Source of the DNA: Macrostomum lignano
Taxonomy: Eukaryota
Assembly (NCBI GenBank): GCA_002269645.1
Contig: NIVC01000363.1
Coordinates: forward strand, 588,231-652,230
Direction: 5' to 3'
Length of the DNA stretch: 64,000 nucleotides
The notes beneath the pieces were generated by a model. That model was not told where the DNA came from. It searched no databases and saw only the letters and a list, made by a program, of their open reading frames with translations. Shown piece after piece: positions 1 to 13,281 of this stretch (positions are counted from its first letter, which is position 1; every line of letters begins with the position of its first letter). The translations under genes were made by a program, and so were the position numbers.

Positions 1-942
1 GACAAATGCTGTTGGGTAAGAGTTCGAGCAGCTGGTGCCTTAAAAAAGAAATTTTTGTTGATTTCTTGATTTGCTTTTTCAAATTTTAACTGCTGTTTTG
101 GTAGTGATATTCGGAAGTTCGACTACTTCGAGCGGTTACAGGAATATCATCTATAGTAAATAGCGACATTGAACTGTGTGCAGTGAGATGTAATTGAAGC
201 GGGCACTATCTCAAGGTCCAAAAATCGTTAGAAGGAACGGCCATAGACAGTTCAACTGGAACTTCTATGTGCGTGTTGTACCTAAGCTGGTGTGTATCCA
301 TAAACTATAATTCAATGAAGTGAAGTATTTTATAACTAATTAATCCGTAATTAACCAAGCACATTATAGCAGAGCATTCTGACAATACGAGAGCAGGAAA
401 ATAGGAGATGAATTGAGTTAAACGCGTTTATTTTCTGTATATTATTAGAAAATCGTATTTACGAGCAAACAAAGCTTTATTGCGGATAGAGTTGAACAAT
501 TATTAAGTAATTATTGAACAATGTCGTAGGATCGGAAAGGAATCGTAGGAGTAGTACTCAAGAACAGGAGCAGGAAATAGTTTTTTACCCTGCGCGTTGT
601 TTAGTACTTGTACTTAAAAAATCAACATTAAGTACTTAATGTATTTTTCTATTTTATTTTTTACTTTAATTTTATTTCATTTCGTATTTCTATTCGAAAA
701 GTACAATTTTTACTTGTATTTAAAAAACGTGCTTCTATTTGAAAAAAGTACATTTTGTACTTTAATTTAAAAAGTACAATTCGTACTTCTATTTGAAGAA
801 TTACAATTTGAACTTTTATTTGAACAAGTATAATTTTACTTCTGTTTTATAAAGTACTTCTGTTTTACAATCCCCTCTTCAGTTGTCAAACGCAAAGAAA
901 TTAATTATAAATATATATTATTGTTACATTTTTTAAATTTAT

Positions 943-3816
943 TTAAAATCCGCCTCGCAAATTAAAACCCGGCGGCAACTGCGGCTGTGGCTGAGACTGC
1001 GCCGGAGGCGGAGGCAGTTTAGCGCTAACCGCGGCAGCTGCGGCAGCCGCAGCGGCAACAGCAGCCGAAGGAGCCGCAGGCGGATTAGCCGTATCGGCGG
1101 CTACACCGCTATTAAAAATTTCGCCATCTCCGCCGCGGATTAGCCGAGAATAGGCCTTGCCACCGGACGGCGGCTTGGGGCTGTGCCGGTTCTGCTGCTG
1201 CTGACTTTGCTGATGCCCGTGCGACGCTCCGGCCCGATGACCCTCGGACCTGGCCGGCCAGGTGGGGAACAGGGACGGGTCAATCGCGGCCGGGCGCTCG
1301 CTAAAGTACTCGTGCTTCAGCGCCTGTTCAGCCGTGAGCCGCCTGCTCGGATCGAATGTCAGCAGGCCGTTGATAAGGCCGAAAGCGGCGTCGGACATCC
1401 TGTCAGCCGGGAACCGGTTTCTCAACCGGTTAAACCGGTATTCATCTCCGTCAAATAGCGGTTGTTCAACCAGTAACCGTTTAGCCGCTGCCAGCTGCAG
1501 CAGATCCGGCCAGATCTTCTCCGTCGGCCGGCCCAGCTCGCGGAATATCAGTTTGAGCTGTTCGATCTCGCCTTTGCCCCGGAATAGCGGCTCTTTGAGC
1601 AGCAGTTCGCCAAATATGCAGCCAACGCTCCAGCAGTCGATGGGTGTGCTGTAGAGCCTAGTGCCCAGCAGCAGCTCAACTGAGCGATACCACAGGGTCA
1701 CCACAACGGTGGTGTACTTTTTCAATGGGCTGCCGTACTCGCGAGCTAGGCCGAAATCGCCGACTTTCAATATGCCCTGATGGCTGAGCAGCAGATTGGA
1801 GGTTTTCAAATCGCGATGCAGAATCCAATTATCGTGCAGGTGAGCCACGGCACGAAGGAGCTGCAGCATCAGGCATTTCACCTCCTCGATCTGCGGGGCG
1901 CAGGCGGTGACAGCTATCACCATTGGGACAGAGAGAATGCCTTTGTAACTAGGGGTGGATAAGACTACGGTGAGGGGCGGCTGTGTCTGTGTAAGGGGGC
2001 GGATGAGTCTGTAAGGAGCGGATGAGTCTGTGTTAGAGGACGGATGAGTCTGTGTTAGAGGGCGGATGAGTCAGTATAAGGGTAGTGGATGAGTCTGTAT
2101 AAGGGGGCGGATGAGTCTGTATAAGGGGGTGGATGAGTCAGTATAAGGGGGCGGATGAGTCTGTATAAGGGGCGGATGAGTCAGTATAAGGGGGCGGATG
2201 AGTCAGTATAAGGGGGCGGATGAGTCAGTATAAGGGGGCGGATGAGTCTGTATAAGGGGGCGGATGAGTCTGTATAAGGGGGCAGATGAGTCTGTATAAG
2301 GGGGCGGATGAGTCTGTATAAGGGGGCAGATGAGTCTGTATAAGGGGGCAGATGAGCCTGTATCATTTACCTTGAACGGTTTAGTCATAATTTCCATCAG
2401 CGATTTGAGATCGTGGGCAACATAGTCCATGACAATGTAGATCTTATCCATATTGCTGCCAACCACAATCTCCCTGACAGTAACAATATTCTCATGTTGA
2501 GCTTTTAACAGGGTGTTAATCTCGCGCAACGATGTAATGGGAAAGCCTTCGCGTTCGTTCTCCATTTTTAATCGTTTCAAGGCAACAATTTCTTTGGTCT
2601 TTTTGTCGCAGGCTCGGTAAACAACGCCGTAGGTGCCTTCCTCGATGCGGTTGAGGCAGTGGTACTCTTCCACATTGCGGCAGCCCTGGATAGCCGGCAG
2701 GTAAACTCGACGGGGCGGCTTCGGCGGCTCCGCCTCTTTCTGCTCCTGCTGTTGCTCAGGCTGCTTCTGCTTAGTAGGCGACTCTCTTGGCGAGGATGAG
2801 CCTGCTCCAGCGGAGGATCTGGATGAAGCCACTGACGAATTCGATGGGGAACTGGCGATGGCTGTGGGATGATTTGCATTGCCTGCCGACCGAGGCGGCT
2901 CTTCAATCGACACCATTGGCGAATTGCCGACATCAACATCGTCGTCCTCGTTGGCCTGTTCATCAAATTTCTGCTTCTGCTGTTGTTGTTGTTGCTTTTT
3001 CTGCTGCTTTTCTAAGCGCTCTTTCTCGCGGATTTTCAATTCCAATCGTCGGCGCATCGCCTCCTCTTGACGCTCGGCGGACGACGCCGAAGGACGAGAC
3101 TGCTTTGCCGATGGCGACGGGGATCGAGCTGGGGACCTTCCATGCCGACGCTTCCGACTGTCTCTGGACGTTCTGGAGTCCCGATCGCGATCCCGATGGT
3201 CCCGACGCCGGTCGCGCGACCGATGCCCCTGACGATCGCGACTGCCGACGTCGCTCCGACGTTGCGCTTCGCCGCCGCCGCTGCCGCCGCGCTGCTCCTG
3301 ACGCCGGCGCGATCGCTCGTGACGTCGCTTTGAGTCGCGCCGGTGCTTCTGGCGTCGAGAAGCGGACTGCTGCTGCTGCTGCTCAGAGGACGCGGCCGAA
3401 TCGGACGATGCAGATGATGACCGGCTGGATCGGGGAGACTCGGAGTCGTCGCTGCGCACAAGAATCGGCTCCGGCTGGCGCTCCTCGCCCTCAGAGTAGG
3501 ACGACGCAGACGAAGGCGAGCGTGGCGGCTGCTGCTGCTGCTGGCCGCGCGAGCTGGAGGCAGCCGCTGAAGATGCCGACGGTGCTTGAACCACGCTGAT
3601 TGCCGAGGTTGGACGAAGCCGCTGCTGCGGCTGAGGCGGTGGCGGCCGCATTCCGCCTTTATTATTGCTGTCCTCTTCGTTGCTGGCGCTGCCGCTGCTG
3701 CTGCTGTCGTTGTAGTTTCGGCGAGACTGGAAGACGCGTAGAGGTGCGATTGTAGAGCTTGTATATATACTACTAATATCGTCTATTGCAGCATAGTTTA
3801 GAAATGGAACCATCAT
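943..3816 (-). CDS. CDK11: CDK11 (PITSLRE) cyclin-dependent kinase. Exons ~3726/3816-2371 and 1890-943; 5' end uncertain.
   Basis: Kinase motifs EEGTYGVVYRA, VALK, EGFPITSLREINTLLK, HRDLKTSNLL and DFGLAREYGSP. RS/RD-rich N-terminus as in CDK11p110. Donor AAG|GTAAAT at 2371/2370 and acceptor CAG|ATC at 1891/1890 join PFK to IEEVKC in frame. Confidence 0.95.
1985..2365. repeat. ~22-bp minisatellite (GCGGATGAGTCTGTATAAGGGG) filling the CDK11 intron
   Basis: Tandem copies visible directly; explains the spurious ORF tail PLYRLIRPLIQTHPPP. Confidence 0.95.
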
Positions 3817-3824
3817 TTAGATAG

Positions 3825-4630
3825 GGGGCGGAGAGGCAGATTCTTAAGGACTGAGGGGAGGGGGGGGGCGGAGTGGCAGATTCTTAAGAACTGGGGGAGG
3901 AAGCGGAGAGGCAGATTCTTAAGGACTGAGGGGAGGGGGGCGGAGTGGCAGATTCTTAAGAACTGGGGGAGGAAGCGGAGAGGCAGATTCTTAAGGACTG
4001 AGGGGAGGGGGGCGGAGTGGCAGATTCTTAAGAACTGGGGGAGGAAGCGGAGAGGCAGATTCTCAGGGACTGAGGGGGGCGGAGAGGCAGATTCTCAAGG
4101 GCTGAGGGGAGCGGAGAGGCAGATTCTCAAGGACTGAGGGGAGCGGAGAGGCAGATTCTCAAGGACTGAGGGGAGCGGAGAGGCAGATTCTCAGGGACTG
4201 AGAGGGCGGAGAGGCAGATTCTCAAGGACTGAGGGGAGCGGAGAGGCAGATTCTCAAGGACTGAGGGGAGGGAGCGGAGAGGCAGATTCTCAAGGACTGA
4301 GGGAGCGGAGAGGCAGATTCTCAAGGATTGAGGGGAGGGAGCGGAGAGGCAGATTCTCAAGGACTGAGGGAGCGGAGAGGCAGATTCTCAAGGACTGAGG
4401 GGAGGGGGGGCGGAGAGGCAGATTCTCAAGGACTGAGGGGAGGGAGCGGAGAGGCAGATTCTCAAGGACTGAGGGAGCGGAGAGGCAGATTCTCAAGGAT
4501 TGAGGGGAGGGAGCGGAGAGGCAGATTCTCAAGGACTGAGGGAGCGGAGAGGCAGATTCTCAAGGACTGAGGGGGCGGAGAGGCAGATTCTCAAGGACTG
4601 AGGGGAGGGAGCGGAGTGGCAGATTCTCAA
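3825..4630. repeat. ~31-36-bp minisatellite (GCGGAGAGGCAGATTCTCAAGGACTGAGGGGA)
   Basis: Tandem copies with a variable G-run. Confidence 0.95.
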
Positions 4631-4979
4631 CAAATAACTTCAAGAAAAAACAAACAATAGAAACAAGACTTAAACCATTGTGCACAAGAATTTTATAAAA
4701 TGGCGGCAGAATTATAATTGGATGCTATGATTACTTCTGAATAATTATTAATGAAAAAATAGCAAACAGCGAATGACTAATACATACTTGTAAAAGACTG
4801 TTATACTCAGCTGTCTTTCTCAATTAAACAAATGACGACAAAAAGTAAAACAAAAAATAAACAGCAAAAAACTGACAGCTCCCGTTTTGTTTCATTTTGC
4901 CTATACTATATAAAAAAGGCGGGCGAATCTCTCAACAGTCTACATAATGATTTCTAGCAATGCACAATTCTTGGTAAAA

Positions 4980-5155
4980 GCCGATGGCAAACAGGTATCC
5001 AACCCTAATGAGTTGCCGAGCTGAACCGCTAATGAGCAAAGGTGCCTGTGTAAGGTGCCTTGGGTGCATGCTAAGAGTTGCTAGGTTTACGCTTGAACTT
5101 GTGTTGCGTGTGTGGTCAGAATAATCAGTGCTTTGTCATTGTGCGATTCTTCATC
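4980..5155. mobile_element. Possible SINE-like dispersed repeat fragment
   Basis: Non-coding, moderately GC segment between AT-rich DNA and a minisatellite; loose resemblance to invertebrate SINE bodies from memory only. Confidence 0.2.
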
Positions 5156-5159
5156 TGAG

Positions 5160-5680
5160 GCAGTGGCCCAGCAACTGGGGATCTGGGAGGCTGGCTCAGA
5201 AACTGGGGATCTGGGAGGCTGGCTCAGCAACTGGGGATCTGGGAGGCTGGCTCAGCAACTGAGGATCTGGGAGGCTGGCTCAGCAACTGAGGATCTGGGA
5301 GGCTGGCCTAGAAGGCCCAGAAACTGAGGATCTGAGAGGCTGGCCCAGCAACTGAGGATCTGGGAGGCTAGCCTAGCAAATGAGGATTTGGGAGGCTGGC
5401 CCAGCAACTGAGGATCTGGGAGGCTAGCCTAGCAAATCAGGATTTGGGAGGCTGGCCCAGCAACTGAGGATCTGGGAGGCTAGCCTAGCAAATCAGGATT
5501 TGGGAGGCTGGCCTAGTAACTGAGGATTTGGGAGGCTGGCCCAGCAACTGAGGATCTGGGGGGCTGGCCCAGCAACTGAGGATCTGGGAGGCTGGCCCAG
5601 CAACTGAGGATCTGGGAGGCTGGCCCAGCAACTGAGGATCTGGGAGGCTGGCCCAGCAACTGAGGATCTGGGAGGCTAAT
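5160..5680. repeat. 28-bp minisatellite (GCTGGCCCAGCAACTGAGGATCTGGGAG)
   Basis: Tandem copies; the same family occurs inverted at 26640-26870. Confidence 0.95.
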
Positions 5681-5758
5681 TATTAAGGGTTAATACAAGA
5701 ACAAAAGCTGTTTAAAAACTCGTAGCACTGCAAAACAGTCTAAATGTCATGCCAGCCC

Positions 5759-8700
5759 TCAAACCCAGCAGACGCAGAGTGCCTGCAGGAAGCCGGCAGC
5801 AGCCGCAGCCAACATCGGAGGCCGCAATTCCAGTTTAGCACAGCCGCAGTTGCCGCTAACAACGGGCCGGCCGTCCAGCTCCCAGGGCGAGCGCCAACAC
5901 TGCGACGGTCCCAAGAGCTGCGGCGGCGGTAGCTGCCCAGAACCGCAGACGTGGATGCTCAATCGATACCATTGATTTGGCAGCAGCACCAGAGCCCTGG
6001 GAAAGGTCACCTCAGTGAGGCTGACAGCCTGTCTAACCGTCTGACTGCATTCTAGCGATGCTTCATTGGGTTCGAATCTGCTATTAAACAGGCAGTGCTC
6101 AACATCTTCCACTGAGGTCACTTCAGCCATTATGGACATGTCTGAGCCGCTAGGATTCTGCTGCTGTGCTTGAACTTGTCTCAATCGGCTACTCGACGAC
6201 TCGGATTTAGGCGGCTGTCGGAACAGATTAAAGCCGGTTAATAGCAATCGGCGATTAGTTCGCATCTCGATGCTGCCGAATATGGCGAACTGCTGATCAG
6301 CTGCGATAGGGGGGATTTAAACAAAAGATCAACATTGGTGTGATGGAAAATGTTCTGGCTTTCTGTCTCCCACTGTTACATTAGCTTTACTACCACTCAC
6401 CCTTCATACCCTCTCATCCCTCACAGTCTCACTCTCGGTATACCACATTCACTGAATCTTTCACTTTCAGTCTTTCACTCTCAAGGTCTCACAATCTCAC
6501 ACTCTACACTGTCACTTACAGTTTCAAACTCTCAAAGTGTCACTCTCTTACTCTTACAGTGTCACTCTCTCACTCTCACAGTGTCACTCTCACACTCTCG
6601 CAGTGTCACTCTCTCACTCTCACAGTGTCACTATCTCACCCTCACAGTGTCACTTTCTCACCCTCAGTGTCACTCTCTTACTCTCACAGTGTCACTCTCT
6701 CACTCTCGCAGTGTCACTCTCTCAATCTCACTCTCACAGTGTCACTCTCTCACTCTCGCAGTGTCACTCACTCAATCTCACTCTCAGTGTCACTCTCTCA
6801 CTCTCACAGTGTCACTCTCTCACTCTCGCAGTGTCACTCACTCAATCTCACTCTCAGTGTCACTCTCTCAGTCTCAAATTTTCGGAGTTTCACTCCATTT
6901 TCAACCACTCTTTCACTCTCTCCTTTTACCCCCTCACTACCACACAGTCTCACCCTGAGCTACAATGGGCCAATTACCTAAGCTCAGCAGACCGGATGCT
7001 GACACAAACGTGGACGCTGAAGACGATTCGTCTGTCACTGACGGCGGCAGGGCCATGGGCAACCTGGCCGACACCTGGGAGGGTGCAGCGGCAGCGCGTA
7101 CAGCGGCGGCGGCCGCGGCCAAATCACACAGAACCAGCTGTTCGGGTTCGCCAGGAAGGCTTGGGCACCGCGGCTGAGCGTTGAATTCAACGACGGTGTC
7201 TCGGTCTGAAGGTGGGAGAGATGGTAAATTGAGCTGCCACTATACATCAAATATGCCATTAGAGATCAATACACTAGCATTAAAAGTGCCATTTGAGAAC
7301 AAGAAACTGGCATTCAAGTGCCATTTGAGAACAAAAGACTGGCAATCAAGTGCCATTAGACATCGATGCATTGGCATCAAAAGTGCCACTGGAGATCAAT
7401 ACACTGGCATCAAAAGTGCCACTAGAGATCAATGCACTGGCATTTAAGTGCCACTAGAGATCAATACACTGGCATTTAAGTGCCACTAGAGATCAATGCA
7501 CTGGCATTTAAGTGCCACTACAGATCAATACACTGGCATTTAAGTGCCACTAGAGATCAATGCACTGGCACCCAGAGTGCCGCTAGAGATCAAGATAAAT
7601 ATTCAAGGCCACACTCTTACCTAGATTATCCCTGTCCTGTCCTGTCAGAATTCTGACCAATTGTCCATCAGTCAATAGCCCGGTAGGCGCCACTAGACTG
7701 CCAATCTGGCGTCGCGACATTCTTGAAAATCTAACGCATCGTAGCAACGGTGCATAATCGGTTAAATCCCCGACAGTCCCCAATGATGACAATGAACCAG
7801 ACGGTTTATCCTCTTCATCAGCATCAGCACTATTACGAGACTTTGCCCAGCATAAAATCCAATCAAATATTTCCACCTCGTCGCATGGCAGACCATCCTG
7901 GGACAGAACGCAGGCAATCAAATCTTGAGAATACGTGTTTCCATGGCAACCGAGCAGATCCGAACTGATTCGTTCCCATTGGTGACAAATTAAACGGAGA
8001 CATGGTTGCACAACTGAAGGCACCTGGACAGTGAAATATTTATTGATTGATAAATGCTAAGTGAACCAATTCGTTCCTATTTAGGATTTAAATAGAATAC
8101 TCTGTTTATAATCCAGAGGGTTCTTCCTAATTTTAGAATCTGAAGTGATTTTCACTCACTATTTTAAAATAATAACAAATGGTAATTCCATACTTCAGGA
8201 TCTGAAAGGTGGTGCATCCCTGTCTCAGGATCTGAAAGGTGGTGCATCCCTGTCTCAGGATCTGAAAGGTGGTGCATCCCTGTCTCAGGATCTGAAAGGT
8301 GGTGCATCCCTGTCTCAGGATCTGAAGGTGGTGCATCCCTGTCTCAGGATCTGAAGGTGGTGCATCCCTGTCTCAGGATCTGAAGGTGGTGCATCCCTGT
8401 CTCAGGATCTGAAAGGTGGTGCATCCCTGTCTCAGGATCTGAAAAGTGGTGCATCCCTGTCTCAGGATCTGAAAGGTGGTGCATCCCTGTCTCAGGATCT
8501 GAAAGGTGGTGCATCCCTGTCTCAGGATCTGAAAAGTGGTGCATCCCTGTCTCAGGATCTGAAAGGTGGTGCATCCCTGTCTCAGGATCTGAAAGGTGGT
8601 GCATCCCTGTTTCAGGATCTGAAGGTGGTGCATCCCTGTCTCAGGATCTGAAGGTGGTGCATCCCTGTCTCAGGATCTGAAGGTGCTGCTTCTCTGTCTC

Positions 8701-9715
8701 AGGATCTGAAAGGTGGTGCATCCCTGTCTCAGGATCTGAAAAGTGGTGCATCCCTGTCTCAGGATCTGAAAGGTGGTGCATCCCTGTCTCAGGATCTGAA
8801 AGGTGGTGCATCCCTGTCTCAGGATCTGAAAAGTGGTGCATCCCTGTCTCAGGATCTGAAAGGTGGTGCATCCCTGTCTCAGGATCTGAAAAGTGGTGCA
8901 TCCCTGTCTCAGGATCTGAAAGGTGGTGCATCCCTGTCTCAGGATCTGAAAGGTGGTGCATCCCTGTCTCAGGATCTGAAAAGTGGTGCATCCCTGTCTC
9001 AGGATCTGAAAGGTGGTGCATCCCTGTCTCAGGATCTGAAAGGTGGTGCATCCCTGTTTTATTTTGGGATCAAAATTTGGTGCTGCCAGGTTTTAGAATT
9101 TAAAGATGGTGCTCCGCTGTTTCAGGACCTGACGTAATTTTTCACTGCACTATTTCGCACCTGTAGAAACATACAATGCTCCAGCACTGTAAGCGCATTA
9201 TCCACAGTCAAATGCTGACGCAAGTACTCGCAGCAAGCGTTAGCAAGACCATCAACAAGATATTTCTTAGCGGCGTACAGCGTTTGAAATACGTTGCTAT
9301 CGGTAACACCTTCTGTACAGTCTGTATAAGCAAATATTAATAGATTCTCAAAGGCGCTGGACTCAATATCAGATAGCTCGTGGATAGTCTCATTCATCAG
9401 TTTGCTATTGTGATTAGAATCCGGACTCTGCAGCTGCCGACTCAATGGGCTATCGAACATAGCTCGGAACACTGGACTGACAGATGCTAGTACAACACGG
9501 TGAGCATTGAATCGGATTTTAGCATCGCCAATTAGAAAGGCTACATCGGAGAATTCGCCACTATCTAGACTGAGCTTCAAGCGCTGGCACAGTGTGAGCG
9601 GAATCTGCGGTGCAACCTGCTCACTAGCTTGATTGTTTGAGTCTGCAGACTGCAGTTGAACGGTTGGTGGTCCCAGTGTCTGAGCTAAACAGAATGAGTC
9701 CTCCAATTCTTGCAT
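5759..9715 (-). CDS. BTB-BACK-PHR domain protein (BTBD1/2/3/6-like Cul3 adaptor). Exons 9715-9161, 8023-7621, 7205-6978, 6300-5759.
   Basis: BTB motifs FSDVAFLIG, AHRVVLASVSPVFRAMF, FENLLIFAY and YAAKKY. BACK motifs DEVEIFDWILCWA and VRFSRM. FNAQPRC and a PHR-like exon (RTNRRLLLTGFNLF, LLPNQWYRL). All three introns are GT-AG and phase-compatible. Confidence 0.85.
6480..6870. repeat. ~20-bp CTCTCACAGTGTCACT minisatellite in BTB intron 3
   Basis: Tandem degenerate copies. Confidence 0.9.
7255..7585. repeat. 32-bp minisatellite with internal inverted repeat (TGGCA-TTTAAG-TGCCA) in BTB intron 2
   Basis: Unit spacing of 32 (7441, 7473). Confidence 0.9.
8192..9057. repeat. 30-bp minisatellite (TCAGGATCTGAAAGGTGGTGCATCCCTGTC) in BTB intron 1
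   Basis: Highly homogeneous tandem array; produces the 10-aa periodic ORFs. Confidence 0.97.
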
Positions 9716-10429
9716 TCTAATTGGTTGTTTGATGAATCAATAGGCTCTGAGATGTCAGCAAAAAAATATAGATTTATGACAATGCTTGGTAATTGGTATA
9801 CTTTATGCCTACAATAATTGACTGCAGTAAAATAGGAACCTGCAATAGCTATTGATATGGCCATATAAAACAACTGCTCTTACAGCAATAACTATAAAAA
9901 TATTGTAGTTTGAAGTTTTGTTGTTTTACATGTACTTTTTAATTTTTTTGGAAAAATAGAAAATAAAGCAAAATTATTTTAATAAAGGTACCACAATCTA
10001 ATAAAAAGTTAAATTATAAGTAACCACTTTAGAACAGAAAAGCATATTAAAGAATTAAAAAACATACTTTTTTTTATTATATAGTAACTTTTAATTGCAA
10101 TTTAATATTAAATTTGCCAATCTAGACCTATAAAAATTTTACATATAAAACATAAAAAAGCACTTTGTAAGAAATACAAAAGAGTCATTTAGACCAAAAA
10201 AGGCATCATGTCAGACATGAAAGAAGCATCATATAAAACATGAAAGTGTCATGCATAATATATAAGAAACTTCATTTAAATTATAAAAGAAGGGTATAAA
10301 ACATAAAGAAGTGTCATATAAGAAATAAAATAAAAGCCATATAGACCAAGAAGCACCATGTCAAACATGAAAGAAATGTGTTCTAAAAAATAATCATGTC
10401 AAACATATCACAAAATAAGTGTTATGTAG

Positions 10430-11200
10430 TTTTGAGGAGAATTGCTGAGATGTCAAGGCTTACTACAGATTATTGACATTTCAAGGCTTATTGTAAAATT
10501 GCTAAGATGTCAAGGCTTATGAGGGAATTGCTAAGATGTTAAGGCTTCTTGGGAGAATAGCTAATTATAAGATGGCAAGGCTTATAGGGAGTATTTCTTA
10601 GACTTAGATGTCAAGGCCTTGGGAAATTGCAGAGATGCTTATGGGGGGATTACTGAGATACTAAGGCTAATGTCAGAAGCTACATAGTAGTCTATATTCT
10701 TTGTTGGCTCCTAATGGAAATAGAAAAAGTAGCATTAAAATAAAAGAAGTGTCATTTAGACATGAAAAAAACATTATTTAAAACAAAAGAAATGTCAAGT
10801 CAAAAAGAAAAGAAATCATATAAAACATAAAAGAAGCATCTATCAGACAAAAGAAGCATTATTTCAAACATAGATTTATTTAGGAATTGCTACAATGTCA
10901 AAGCTTGGAAGGATTTGCTATAAGGCTATAACTATTGGGGGAAATTACTAAAATTTCAAAGTGTATATAAGAAGAATTGCTAAGAAGTCAAGGCTTAAGG
11001 GTTAAGGTTAAAGTGGGTTGCTAAGATTTCAAAGCTAATAGACACTTATTAAGATTTCAAGGCTTATAGGAGGCATTGCTCATGGGGATTGGGAAAAGAC
11101 TATTAAGATATCAAGGCTTACTAAGGGAATTGCTAAGATATAAGGCTTTCTAAGGGGAATTATATAGATGTCAAGGCTCAAGTTAAATTGCTAATAGATA
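10430..11200. repeat. Degenerate tandem repeat (ATTGCTAAGATGTCAAGGCTT core)
   Basis: Core recurs many times with high divergence. Confidence 0.75.
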
Positions 11201-11984
11201 TATCAAAGTTTGAAAGTTCACCTAGCTATTAAAGTTATTTTTTGATCAAAAATGCAACTTACCTAATACCCTATTAAAGAAATGCAAACTAAAGCAAAAA
11301 TCAATGTAATTTTAAATAAAAAGCAAAAGTAACTATGACTATCCAATCTATCTAATCTATCCATCCATTCCATCCATCCATTGTTTCCTATCCTTCCTAT
11401 CTTCTCCATCTCCTCTCTAACCAATATACTAAAAATGAGTTGTCTATGGGTATACAATAAATTAAAAAAATGGCTCAATTGATTTTCTTCAAGCTTGCAC
11501 CATTTGATCAGAAATTTTCCTGGACAGTACATGCATCTTGGCTAAGAAATTGCTCAGTGTTAAAGGGATTAAATATTCAAAAAACATGCTTTTTTGCAAA
11601 GGTCAAGCTAAATTTTTTACTTGAAATACATTGGAAGAATGCTAGAGAAAACACTGACTGACTGAATTTTGATTCTAATAAAGATTACATCACAACAAGT
11701 TGAAAACAGTGTTGAAGAAATGCGCACAAGACTTGATTGAAGTTTCGTAACCATATTGCTAACTTAAATTGAGACTGATACTGGCTGACTAAGAAATTGA
11801 TTATGTGATTATGTCATAACTTTTTACTCTAACCAACTTGCTGAAGATATTGAATTATAAGGGCCACAATTCATGTTCTCTAATTGAAAAGAGATAGCCT
11901 AGATACAAACAGACTGCTAATGTAGCAACCTGGGTTTGAATCTTAGTAGTGCAAAATACCATAAAAAATACAAAATGCTAAAGA

Positions 11985-13005
11985 TAAAAGAGCCACCATG
12001 TCAAACATAAAAGAGCCACCATGTTAAAAATAAAAGAGCCACCATGTCAAACATATACATGACTACATGTTGAACATAAAAGAGCCACTATGTCAAACAT
12101 TTGTGACTCCATGTCAAACATATATGTGACTCCATGTCAAACTACGTGACTCTATGTCAAACATATATGTGACTCCATGTCAAACTACGTGACTCCATGT
12201 CAAACATTAAAGAGCCACCATGTCAAACATTAAAGAGCCACCATGTCAAACATAAAAGAGCTACCATGTCAAACATAAAAGAGGCACCATGTTAAACATA
12301 TGTGACTCTATGTCAAACATAAAAGAGCCACCATGTTAAAAATAAAAGAGCCACCATGTCAAAAATAAAAGAGACACCATGTCAAACATATACATGACTA
12401 CATGTTGAACATAAAAGAGCCACTATGTCAAATATTTGTGACTTCATGTCAAACATATATGTGACTCCATGTCAAACTACGTGACTCCATGTCAAACATA
12501 TATGTAACTCCATGTCAAACATTAAAGAGCCACCATGTCAAACATTGAAGAGCCACCATGTCAAACATTAAAGAGCCACCATGTCAAACATAAAAGAGCT
12601 ACCATGTGAAACATAAAAGAGCCACCATGTTAAACATATGTGACTCTATGTCAAACATTAAAGAGATACCATGTCGGACATTAAAGAGCCACTGTGTCAA
12701 ACATAAAGAGCCACCATGTGAAACATAAAAGAGCTACCATGTGAAACATAAAAGAGCCACCATGTTAAACATATGTGACTCTATGTCAAACATTAAAGAG
12801 ATACCATGTCGGACATTAAAGAGCTACCATGTCAAACATAAAAGAGCCACCATGTTAAACATATGTGACTCTATGTCAAACATTAAAGAGATACCATGTC
12901 AGACATTAAAGAGCCACTGTGTCAAACATAAAGAGCTACCATGTCAAACATTAAAAAGCTACCATGTCAAACAAAAGAGCCACCAGTTTAAGCATAAAAG
13001 AGCCT
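11985..13005. repeat. ~22-bp satellite (AAACATAAAAGAGCCACCATGTC and variants)
   Basis: Tandem copies with higher-order blocks; stray copies at 13750-13800 and degenerate copies at 10150-10410. Confidence 0.9.
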
Positions 13006-13281
13006 GGCAATCTTCAAGTTTTGTTCATTAAATTTTTTTTCAATGATTTCTGAACTATCTTGCTGAGATGATTATTTTTGAGCTCTCCAGTGTACCCAGC
13101 CCTTTCCTAGCTGAGAAAGTAGCAGCTTTGTTAATATTAACCTCTAAGGTACCATAAAGCCAGAAATATAAGATGCAAACAAGCAAAGCTAACATGTAAC
13201 GCTGAGTACAAACAGACAGAAATAGTAACACAGTGGGGTACAACAGGGGCAGTAGTAGCAGTCCAGTTCAGTAGCAACAGT

